NCBI GenBank assembly: GCA_945862265.1
Contig: CAMAXP010000015.1
Span: 25,384 to 89,383 of the forward strand
Direction of reading: 5' to 3'
Length of the DNA: 64,000 nucleotides
Origin: Bordetella parapertussis
GTDB lineage: Bacteria; Pseudomonadota; Gammaproteobacteria; Burkholderiales; SG8-39
Shown here: in pieces, positions 44,515 through 52,520 of the stretch
How positions within the stretch are numbered: position 1 is the stretch's first letter
How the letters are laid out: every line of letters starts with the position of its first letter
Position numbers and translations under genes: made by a program
Notes under the pieces: model-generated
What the model saw: only the letters and a program-made list of their open reading frames with translations
What the model was told of the DNA's origin: nothing
Databases searched by the model: none

Positions 44515-45726
44515 CTACTTCTTCACCATCGGGCAGCGCGAGGCGGACATCGGCTGGAAAGCCTCCGCCGCGGGGATCGTCGCCTTGAGGGTGTAGTAGT
44601 CCCAAGGGTACTTGGACTCGGACTGCTTCTTCACCTGCATGAGGTACATGTCGTGGATCATGCGGTTGTCGTCGCGCAGCTTGCCGTGGCGCAGGAAGAA
44701 GTCGGACACGTCCATCTTCTTCATCGCCGCAACCACCGCCACAGCGTCGTCCGTGCCGGCCGCCTTGACCGCCTTGAGGTAGTTCATGGTCGCCGAGTAG
44801 ACGCCCGCGTGGATCATGCTCGGCATCTTCTTCATCTTCTCGAAGAAGCGCTTGGAGAACGCGCGGTTCTGGTCGTCCATGTCCCAGTAAAAGCCGTCGG
44901 TCAGCAGCATGCCCTGCGCCGTGTTCAGGCCCAGGCTGTGGATGTCGGTGATGAACACCAGCAATCCGGCCAGGCTCTGGTTCTTGGTGATGCCGAACTC
45001 GTTGGCGGCCTTGATCGAGTTGATCGTGTCGCCGCCGGCGTTGGCGAGGCCGACGATCTTGGCCTTGGAGCTCTGCGCCTGCAGCAGGAACGAGGAGAAG
45101 TCCGCGGCGTTGAGCGGGTGGCGCACCTGTCCGACGACCTTGCCGCCGGTGGCCTTGACCACGTTGGCCGTGTCGGATTCGAGCGAGTGGCCGAACGCGT
45201 AGTCGGCGGTCAGGAAGAACCAGGTGTCGCCGCCGGTCTTCACGATCGCCTTGCCCGTGCCGTTCGCCAGCGCGAAGGTGTCGTAGGCGTAGTGGATCGT
45301 GTGCGGGTTGCAGTCCTCGTTGGTCAGACGGGTCGAGGCGGCACCGACGTTCATGATCAGCTTTTTCTTCTCGTTGGCGACCTTGCCGGTGGCGATGCCG
45401 ACCGCGGAGTTGAGCGCGTCGGTGACCATGTCCACCTGGTTGCGGTCGAACCACTCGCGCACGCGGTTGGCGCCCGTCTCGGCGTTGTTCTGGTGGTCGG
45501 CCGACACGAGCTCGATCTTCGCGCCGAGAACCGTCTTGCCGAAGTCGTCGATCGCCATCTGCGCGGCGACGGCCGAGCCCTGCCCGCCGAGGTCCGAATA
45601 CAGGCCGGACATGTCGGTCAGCACGCCGATCTTCACCACGCCGTCCGACACTTTCTGTTGTGCCACCACCGGCGCGGCCAGCGCGAACGCGCCGGCGACG
45701 ATTACCGTCATTAGTTTCAGTTTCAT
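44515..45726 (-). CDS. Liv-type (Leu/Ile/Val-binding family, PBP type I) ABC substrate-binding protein
   Basis: Start at ATG 45726, preceded by GGAGG. Signal peptide MKLKLMTVIVAGAFALAAPVVA, then ...VKIGVLTDMSGLYSDLGG.... Confidence 0.9.
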   Translation of the reverse strand: MKLKLMTVIVAGAFALAAPVVAQQKVSDGVVKIGVLTDMSGLYSDLGGQGSAVAAQMAIDDFGKTVLGAKIELVSADHQNNAETGANRVREWFDRNQVDMVTDALNSAVGIATGKVANEKKKLIMNVGAASTRLTNEDCNPHTIHYAYDTFALANGTGKAIVKTGGDTWFFLTADYAFGHSLESDTANVVKATGGKVVGQVRHPLNAADFSSFLLQAQSSKAKIVGLANAGGDTINSIKAANEFGITKNQSLAGLLVFITDIHSLGLNTAQGMLLTDGFYWDMDDQNRAFSKRFFEKMKKMPSMIHAGVYSATMNYLKAVKAAGTDDAVAVVAAMKKMDVSDFFLRHGKLRDDNRMIHDMYLMQVKKQSESKYPWDYYTLKATIPAAEAFQPMSASRCPMVKK

Positions 45727-45746
45727 TTTCCTGCCTCCGTTGAAAT

Positions 45747-46460
45747 TCATACGCCCAGGTACTCGTGCAGCATGCCCATCTTGGACTCCAGCTCGGCCGC
45801 CGCGAAAGTTTCGGCGATCCGGCCATGCTCCATGACGTAATGCCGGTCGGCCAGCGGCGCGGCAAACCGGAAATTCTGTTCCACGAGCACGATGGTGAAT
45901 CCGCGCTCCTTCAACTGGCCGATCACCCGGCCCAGGGTCTGCACGATCACCGGGGCGAGGCCTTCGGTGATCTCGTCGAGCAGGAGCAGCCGGGCGCCCG
46001 TGCGCAGGATGCGGGCCATCGCAAGCATCTGCTGCTCGCCGCCCGACAGGCGCGTGCCCTGGCTGCCGCGCCGCTCGTACAGATTGGGGAACATCGCGTA
46101 GATCTCGTCCACCGACAGCCCGCCTTTCTGGACCTCGGGCGGAAGAAGCAGGTTCTCTTCCGCGGTGAGGCTCGAAAAAATTCCGCGTTCCTCGGGGCAG
46201 TAGCCGATGCCGAGGTGCGCGATCTGGTGCGTGGCAAGCTCGGTAGTCTCGACGCCGTTGACCTTGATGGACCCCTTGCGCTCGCCTACCAGCCCCAGGA
46301 TCGATTTGAGCGTGGTCGTGCGCCCTGCGCCGTTGCGGCCGAGCAGCGTGACTACCTCGCCCTGGTGCACCGTGAGGTCCACCCCGTGCAGGATGTGCGA
46401 CTCGCCGTACCAGGCGTTGAGGCCGCTGATGGAGAGGGCCGCATTTTTACCCTCCGCCAT
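45747..46460 (-). CDS. ABC transporter ATP-binding protein (LivF type)
   Basis: Walker A GRNGAGRTT, signature LSGGEQQML and Walker B LLLLDE. Confidence 0.9.
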   Translation of the reverse strand: MAEGKNAALSISGLNAWYGESHILHGVDLTVHQGEVVTLLGRNGAGRTTTLKSILGLVGERKGSIKVNGVETTELATHQIAHLGIGYCPEERGIFSSLTAEENLLLPPEVQKGGLSVDEIYAMFPNLYERRGSQGTRLSGGEQQMLAMARILRTGARLLLLDEITEGLAPVIVQTLGRVIGQLKERGFTIVLVEQNFRFAAPLADRHYVMEHGRIAETFAAAELESKMGMLHEYLGV

Positions 46461-47212
46461 CAGTGCACCGTGCCCATGTAGGCTTCGATCACGCCCGGGT
46501 TCTTCGAGACCTCGGCATACGGCCCTTCGGCCAGCACGGCGCCGCGCTGCAGCACGGTGATCGTGTCACAAATGCCCGACACCACGCCCATGTTGTGCTC
46601 GACCATCAGGATGGTGCGTCCCACCGAGACCTTCTTGATCAGGTCTTTCACCCGTTGCACGTCCTCGTGGCCCATGCCGGCGGTGGGCTCGTCGAGCAGC
46701 ATCAGCTCGGGCTCCATCGCGAGCGTCGTGGCGATTTCCAGCGCGCGCTTGCGGCCGTACGGCAGTTCCACCGTAAGCGTCTGCGCAAATGCGCCGAGGT
46801 CGACCGACTCGAGCAGGACCATCGCCTTCGCGTCGAGCGAAGACAGCACCCGCTCGGATTTCCAGAAATGGAACGAGTTGCCCATATTGCGCTGCAGGCC
46901 GATGCGGACATTCTCGAGCACCGTGAGGTGCGGGAACACGGCGGAGATCTGAAACGAACGGATGATGCCGCGGCGCGCAGTCTGCGCGGGCTTCTCGGTC
47001 GTGATGTCGACGCCGTTGTACAGGATCTGGCCGGAGGTCGGCGGCAGGAACTTGGTCAGCAGGTTGAAAAAGGTGGTCTTGCCCGCGCCATTGGGGCCGA
47101 TCAGCGCGTGGATGGTCCCGCGCTTCACCTTGAGGTCGACCCCATTGACGGCGACGAAGCCCTTGAACTCCTTCGTCAACCCTCGGGTCTCGAGGATGAT
47201 GTCTCCTTCCAT
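46460..47212 (-). CDS. ABC transporter ATP-binding protein (LivG type)
   Basis: Walker A GPNGAGKTT, LPYGRKRALEIA and Walker B LMLLDEP. A 1-nt stop/start overlap joins it to the LivF-type gene. Confidence 0.9.
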   Translation of the reverse strand: MEGDIILETRGLTKEFKGFVAVNGVDLKVKRGTIHALIGPNGAGKTTFFNLLTKFLPPTSGQILYNGVDITTEKPAQTARRGIIRSFQISAVFPHLTVLENVRIGLQRNMGNSFHFWKSERVLSSLDAKAMVLLESVDLGAFAQTLTVELPYGRKRALEIATTLAMEPELMLLDEPTAGMGHEDVQRVKDLIKKVSVGRTILMVEHNMGVVSGICDTITVLQRGAVLAEGPYAEVSKNPGVIEAYMGTVH

Positions 47213-47311
47213 GGTTCTCTTTTTTATACAGCGGGGAGCAACCTCCCCGGCTGGGCGCGTAGTGTGCCCGTTGCGATGCGGGAAAACAACCCTTCCAGAG
47301 GCAATTGCCGG

Positions 47312-48106
47312 CTACTTTTTCCAGTCCGGCGCACGCTTGCCGATAAACGCATCCATGCCCTCCCGGCCCTCGGCGTGCGCGAAGCTGGCGGCGATGACGC
47401 CGCCGGCCAATTCGTAGGCCTGGTCCACGCCCAGGTCCATCTGCCGGTAAAACGCGGCCTTGCCTGCCGAAATCGTCGCGGGCGGTTTGGCAGCGATCTT
47501 CGCAGCCAGTTCGTGCACTGCAGCATCGAGGCCGTCCGCCGGAACGACCCGGTTCACCAAGCCCCATTCCAGCGCCTTTTTGGCGTCCAGCAGGTCGCCG
47601 GTCAGAAGCATTTCCATTGCATGCTTGCGCAAGAGGTTCCGCCCGATCGGCACGCCGGGGGTAGAGCAGAAGAACCCCCAGTTCACGCCGGGAGTCGTGA
47701 ATTTCGCCGATTCAGAGGCGATCGCGAGGTCGCACTGCGCGGCCAGCTGGCAGCCGGCCGCCGCGGCCGCGCCGTGCACGCGCGCGATCACCGGCTGCGG
47801 CAGGCGCTGGATGGACAGCATCATCCGGTTGCAGGTCTCGAAGAGGCTCGCGATCTTGCCTGCGTCTCCGAGGCCCTGGATTTCCTTGAGGTCGTGGCCG
47901 GCACAGAAGCCCTTGCCCGCCCCGGCCAGCACGACCACGCGCACGCTTGCGTCGCCGGCAATCGCATCGAACGCCGATTGCAGGGCGCCGAGCATCTCGA
48001 GGGTCAGCAGGTTCATCTGCGCGGGCCGGTTCAGCGTGAGGGTTGCGATGCCCTCGCGATCCTCGCGCAACAGCACGGGCGGCAGGGGTGCATTCACAGC
48101 GTTCAT
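47312..48106 (-). CDS. Enoyl-CoA hydratase/isomerase (crotonase) family protein
   Basis: Contains ...IATLTLNRPAQMNLLT..., ...VVVLAGAGKGFCAGHDLKE... and ...ARVHGAAAAAGCQL.... Confidence 0.9.
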   Translation of the reverse strand: MNAVNAPLPPVLLREDREGIATLTLNRPAQMNLLTLEMLGALQSAFDAIAGDASVRVVVLAGAGKGFCAGHDLKEIQGLGDAGKIASLFETCNRMMLSIQRLPQPVIARVHGAAAAAGCQLAAQCDLAIASESAKFTTPGVNWGFFCSTPGVPIGRNLLRKHAMEMLLTGDLLDAKKALEWGLVNRVVPADGLDAAVHELAAKIAAKPPATISAGKAAFYRQMDLGVDQAYELAGGVIAASFAHAEGREGMDAFIGKRAPDWKK

Positions 48107-48116
48107 GGAGCCTCCC

Positions 48117-49751
48117 CTACTCGATCGCGGACGCGGACTTGGCCTGCGCGCGCAGCATGAATTTCTGGATCTTGCCGGTCGAGGTCTTCGGCAGCAGGCC
48201 GAACACCACCTTCTTCGGCGCCTTGAAGCGGGCCATGTACTTGCGGCAGAACTCGATGACCTCCTCTTCGGTGGCCGTCGCTCCCGTCTTGAGCTCCACG
48301 AACGCGCACGGCGTCTCGCCCCATTGGGGGTCGGGCTGCGCCACCACGGCCGCGGCCATCACCGCTGGATGCCGGTACAGCACATCCTCGACTTCGATGG
48401 ACGAGATGTTCTCCCCGCCCGAAATGATGACGTCTTTCGAGCGGTCCTTGATCTTCACGTAGCCGTCGGGGTACATCACCGCGAGGTCGCCCGAATGGAA
48501 CCAGCCGCCTCCGAAGGCCTCCTTCGTCGCGGCCGGGTTCTTGAGGTAGCCCTTCATCGTGATGTTGCCGCGGAACATGATCTCGCCCATGGTTTCGCCA
48601 TCGGCGGGCACCGGCTGCATGGTCTCGGGGTTCATCACCGTGACGGCTTCCTGCACCACGTAGCGCACGCCCTGCCGGCCGTTCAACTGCGCCTGCTCGC
48701 CGGGCGGCAGGGCCTCCCACGACTCGTGCTTGGCGCAGACGGTCGCCGGGCCGTAGACCTCGGTCAGCCCGTACACGTGCGTGATCGAGAAACCCATCTG
48801 CTCCATCCCCTCGAGGATCGCGGCCGGCGGCGCCGCGCCCGCGACGAGGCAGCTCACCTTGTGCCGGATGCCCTTCTTCAGCTCTTCCGGCGCGTTGATC
48901 AGCGTCTGGTGCACGATCGGTGCGCCGCAGTAGTGGCTCACCTGGTGCTCGCGGATGGCGTTCAGGATCGGTGCGGCCTCGACCTTGCGCAGGCAGACGT
49001 TGGTGCCCGCGTTGGCCGCGATGGTCCACGGAAAGCACCAGCCGTTGCAGTGGAACATCGGCAGGGTCCACAGGTAGACCGCGTGGTGGGGCATGGCCCA
49101 GGTGATGATGTTGCCGAGCGCGTTGAGGTACGCGCCGCGGTGATGGGTCACTGCGCCCTTGGGGTTGCCGGTGGTGCCGGAGGTGTAGCCGAGCGCAATG
49201 GCCTGCCACTCGTCGGCCACCCCGCCCCAAGGGTGCGCGGGATCGCCCTCGGCCAGCAGGGCTTCGTAGTCCTTCTCGCCCAGCAGCTTGCCGCCGCTCG
49301 CGGCCGGGTCGTCGACGTCGATGACCACCGGGCGGTTCTTCGCCAGCGCGAGCGCCTTCTCGACGATGGGCGAATACTCCCGATCGGTGATCAGCAGCTT
49401 CGCGCCGCCGTGGTCGAGCATGAACGCGATGGATTCGGCATCCAGGCGCGTGTTGAGCGCATTGAGCACGGCGCCGGTGACCGGCACGCCAAAATGGGCC
49501 TCATACATCGGCGGCGTATTGGGCAGCATCACGGCGACGGTATCGCCCGCGCCGATGCCGCGCCTCACCAGCGCCGAGGCCAGGCGCCGGCAGCGCGTGA
49601 AGGTTTCCTTCCAGGTGTAGCGCTGGGCGCCGTGGATCACTGACGTACGGTCGGGATAGACGCCGGCCGCGCGCTCGATGAAGGTCAGCGGCGTCAGCGG
49701 CGCGTAGTTGGCCGTGTTGCGGTCGAGGTCCTGCTCATAGGGATTGCCCAT
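48117..49751 (-). CDS. AMP-dependent acyl-CoA synthetase/ligase
   Basis: Contains ...LGYTSGTTGNPKGAV... (AMP-binding motif), ...WFHSGDLAVMYPDGYVKIKDRSKDVIISGGENI... and ...PKTSTGKIQK. Confidence 0.9.
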   Translation of the reverse strand: MGNPYEQDLDRNTANYAPLTPLTFIERAAGVYPDRTSVIHGAQRYTWKETFTRCRRLASALVRRGIGAGDTVAVMLPNTPPMYEAHFGVPVTGAVLNALNTRLDAESIAFMLDHGGAKLLITDREYSPIVEKALALAKNRPVVIDVDDPAASGGKLLGEKDYEALLAEGDPAHPWGGVADEWQAIALGYTSGTTGNPKGAVTHHRGAYLNALGNIITWAMPHHAVYLWTLPMFHCNGWCFPWTIAANAGTNVCLRKVEAAPILNAIREHQVSHYCGAPIVHQTLINAPEELKKGIRHKVSCLVAGAAPPAAILEGMEQMGFSITHVYGLTEVYGPATVCAKHESWEALPPGEQAQLNGRQGVRYVVQEAVTVMNPETMQPVPADGETMGEIMFRGNITMKGYLKNPAATKEAFGGGWFHSGDLAVMYPDGYVKIKDRSKDVIISGGENISSIEVEDVLYRHPAVMAAAVVAQPDPQWGETPCAFVELKTGATATEEEVIEFCRKYMARFKAPKKVVFGLLPKTSTGKIQKFMLRAQAKSASAIE

Positions 49752-49829
49752 GCCGATCTCCTCCTTAGTTTTCCAGAATCAACATGCCGACTTGCCGGAT
49801 GATCGCTCCTGCAGCCGATCTCATTAAAT

Positions 49830-49843
49830 AAAAGTCAGACTTT
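49830..49843. promoter_or_regulatory. Palindrome AAAAGTC-A-GACTTT (copy 2 of 2), ~86 bp upstream of the acyl-CoA synthetase start and abutting the dnaQ stop
   Basis: Read directly. Same core and similar flank as 37194-37208. Confidence 0.3.
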
Positions 49844-50562
49844 CATGCGTCCGCGCCATCCCCGCTCAGCGTGCGCCACAGCGTGCGCCCCTTGGATTCC
49901 TTGTCGATCTGGGCGAGGATCTTTTCGTGCTCGGCCAGCTCCTCCCGGCTCGCGCGCAGTACCGCCAGCTGCGAGGCGTCGAAGGTGGCGGTGCCGCCGC
50001 CGACGGTGGGCGGCGAGTCGGTCTCGACGATCAGGCTCTCCTGGCCGCGCGACATCGCGAGGAACACCTCGGCCAGCAGCGACGCGTCCAGCAGTGCGCC
50101 GTGCAGCGTGCGGTGCGAGTTGTCCACGCCATAGCGCTCGCACAGGGCGTCCAGCGTGTTCTTCTTGCCCGGATGCAGCTCCCGCGCGCGAAGCAGCGTA
50201 TCAATCACGCCGGGGCAATGGTCCGATAGCTTGCCGAGCCTGGCGAGCTGCAGCTCCTGGTTGAGGAACTCCACATCGAACGACGCGTTGTGGATGATGA
50301 GCTCGGCGCCGCGAACGTACTCGACGAAATCGCGACCGATCTCGGCGAATTTCGGCTTGTCGGCGAGGAACTCGGAGGACAATCCGTGAACCCTTTCGGC
50401 GCCCGGGTCGCTGGGGCGGCCCGGGTTCAGGTAGGTGTGGAAGCGGTTCTCGGTCACGTGCCGGTCGAGGATCTCGATGCAGCCGATCTCCACCACGCGA
50501 TCGCCCATGCGCGCGCTGAGGCCCGTGGTCTCGGTGTCCAGCACGACAAGGCGCAATGCCAT
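49843..50562 (-). CDS. dnaQ: DNA polymerase III epsilon subunit (3'-5' proofreading exonuclease)
   Basis: Exo motifs VVLDTETTGL, ...IIHNASFDVEFL... and ...HGALLDASLLAEVFL.... Confidence 0.95.
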   Translation of the reverse strand: MALRLVVLDTETTGLSARMGDRVVEIGCIEILDRHVTENRFHTYLNPGRPSDPGAERVHGLSSEFLADKPKFAEIGRDFVEYVRGAELIIHNASFDVEFLNQELQLARLGKLSDHCPGVIDTLLRARELHPGKKNTLDALCERYGVDNSHRTLHGALLDASLLAEVFLAMSRGQESLIVETDSPPTVGGGTATFDASQLAVLRASREELAEHEKILAQIDKESKGRTLWRTLSGDGADA

Positions 50563-50563
50563 C

Positions 50564-51013
50564 TCAATCGCTCCTGGGCTGTTCGATGCCCATGTTGGCC
50601 AGTTCGTCCGCGCGCTCGTTGCCTGGGTTGCCCGAATGCCCCTTCACCCAGCGCCAGTCGATTTTATGCCCCTGCGTCGCCGCGTCCAGCCGCTTCCAGA
50701 GGTCCTCGTTCTTGACCGGCTTCTTGTCGGCCGTCTTCCAGCCGCGCCGCTTCCATGAGTGTATCCACTCCGAGATGCCCTTCTGGACGTATTGCGAGTC
50801 GGTGTACAGCACCACCGTGCAATGGCGCTTCAGCGACTCCAGCGCGCTGATGACCGCCATCAGCTCCATGCGGTTGTTGGTGGTCAGCGGCTCGCCGCCG
50901 AAGAGCTCCTTTTTCTTGCCGTGGGCGGTGAGCAGTGCCCCCCACCCGCCCGGACCGGGATTGCCCTTGCAGGCGCCGTCGGCGTAGATCTCAACTGTGT
51001 CTTCAGGCGTCAT
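50564..51013 (-). CDS. rnhA: Ribonuclease HI
   Basis: Internal ATG 51013. Contains ...[22 protein letters not shown]..., ...[12 protein letters not shown]..., ...YTDSQYV... and ...[18 protein letters not shown]. Confidence 0.95.
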   Translation of the reverse strand: MTPEDTVEIYADGACKGNPGPGGWGALLTAHGKKKELFGGEPLTTNNRMELMAVISALESLKRHCTVVLYTDSQYVQKGISEWIHSWKRRGWKTADKKPVKNEDLWKRLDAATQGHKIDWRWVKGHSGNPGNERADELANMGIEQPRSD

Positions 51014-51755
51014 GGGGCTGGTTCGCGTGTCCGTTCGAGTTGGTGACCGGCGCAAGGGCGCGCGCCTTCACGCGCTCCCGCCGCCAGGCCGGGGGGACGA
51101 GGCGCATGCCCGCCGTGCGCTTGACCGCGCGCACGACATAGACGCCGCCCGCGATCGGCCACCAGCGGGCGCCCGCCTTCTCCATGAAGGCAAACCGCGA
51201 CAGCCATGTGTCGCTGGCGAGCGGCGGCGCGTAGCAGCCGAACATGCCGCCGTTGATCTCGAAGCCGAGCAGGCGCAGCCAGTCCTTGAGGCGCAGGAGC
51301 CCGATCATGTGGGCGTTCCAGGGCCGCTGCGAATCGCGCCGCGACAGCGACTGCTTCAGGCCCCACAGCGACAGCGTGTTGAAGCCGGAGATCACGACCT
51401 GGCCTTCGGGCATCAGCACCCGCTCGGCCTCGCGCAGCACGTGGTGGGGGTCGGCGGAGAACTCCAGAACGTGCGGCAGCACGAGGAGGTCGATGCTGTT
51501 GGAGGCGATGGGCATCTGCAGCGGGTCCGCGACCACCGTCGCCCCGGGTTCGAGGGCCAGCGGGAACCGGTACGAGATCCGGTTGCGGCGCAGGAAATCG
51601 ATACCCGGCAGCCCGACCTGGACCGCCCGGAACCCGAAAACATCCTCTACGGCGCTGTCAATCTGGCCGAGTTCCCAGTCGAGCACATAGCGCCCCTGCG
51701 GAGTTTCGAGCCAATCCGCGAGCGCCGGGGAGACGGCGGGAGCTACAATGGGCAT
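51003..51755 (-). CDS. Class I SAM-dependent methyltransferase-like protein (the conserved gene between gloB and rnhA)
   Basis: Internal ATG 51755 ([28 protein letters not shown]...). Contains ...[39 protein letters not shown].... It overlaps the rnhA start by 11 nt. Confidence 0.8.
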   Translation of the reverse strand: MPIVAPAVSPALADWLETPQGRYVLDWELGQIDSAVEDVFGFRAVQVGLPGIDFLRRNRISYRFPLALEPGATVVADPLQMPIASNSIDLLVLPHVLEFSADPHHVLREAERVLMPEGQVVISGFNTLSLWGLKQSLSRRDSQRPWNAHMIGLLRLKDWLRLLGFEINGGMFGCYAPPLASDTWLSRFAFMEKAGARWWPIAGGVYVVRAVKRTAGMRLVPPAWRRERVKARALAPVTNSNGHANQPHDA

Positions 51756-52520
51756 ATGACAAATATCGTTCCGCTGAAGGCGTTCAAGGACAACTATATC
51801 TGGACGCTGCGTAGCGCCACGCACGCTGTGGTGGTCGACCCGGGTGAAGCGCAGCCCGTGCTCGACTACCTCGCAGCCGAGGGCCTGCAGCTTGCCTCCA
51901 TCCTTGCCACGCACCACCACGCCGACCACGTCGGCGGGATCGCAGAACTGCTGCGTTCCCACCCCTGTCCGGTCTACGGCCCGAAAAACGAGCCGATCCC
52001 GACGCTCACGCACCCGGTGTCCGAAGGCGACCGGGTGCTCATCCCGGAAATCGGCGCCGAATTCGCGGTGCTCGACATCCCCGGGCACACCCGGGCACAC
52101 ATCGCCTATTATGGCTTAGAGTCCCTTTTCTGTGGCGACACGCTCTTCGCCTGTGGTTGCGGCCGCGTGTTCGAAGGCACCCCGGCGCAGATGTACGCCT
52201 CGCTCGGCAAGCTGCTTGCCCTGCCTGACGAGACGCTCGTCTACTGCGGGCACGAATACACGCTCGCCAACATGCAGTTCGCCAAGGCCGTCGAACCCGC
52301 CAACGCGGCGCTCGCCGCGCGCGAGAAGCGCGACCAGGCGCTGCGCGAGCGTGGCCTGCCGACGCTGCCCTCCAGGCTCGGCGACGAGAAGGCCACCAAC
52401 CCCTTCCTGCGCTGCCGCGAGCCCGCAGTCATCGAATCCGCGAACAAGTACCTCGGCTCGCGGATGGCGGACCCGCTGAGCGTGTTCACCGCCATCCGCG
52501 AGTGGAAGAACGGGTTCTAG
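51756..52520 (+). CDS. gloB: Hydroxyacylglutathione hydrolase (glyoxalase II)
   Basis: Contains MTNIVPLKAFKDNYIWTL..., ...ILATHHHADHVGG... (metallo-beta-lactamase HxHxDH), ...GHTRAHIAYY... and ...CGHEYTLAN.... Confidence 0.9.
   Translation: MTNIVPLKAFKDNYIWTLRSATHAVVVDPGEAQPVLDYLAAEGLQLASILATHHHADHVGGIAELLRSHPCPVYGPKNEPIPTLTHPVSEGDRVLIPEIGAEFAVLDIPGHTRAHIAYYGLESLFCGDTLFACGCGRVFEGTPAQMYASLGKLLALPDETLVYCGHEYTLANMQFAKAVEPANAALAAREKRDQALRERGLPTLPSRLGDEKATNPFLRCREPAVIESANKYLGSRMADPLSVFTAIREWKNGF

Noticed and set aside
47232-47249. The hairpin CGGGGAG-caac-CTCCCCG between the crotonase gene and the LivG-type gene, considered as a terminator.
   Set aside because: On the transcribed (minus) strand it is followed by CTGTATAAAAAAGAG, an A-run rather than a U-tract. 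It more likely belongs to the translation-initiation region or is a neutral structure. The genes look co-transcribed.
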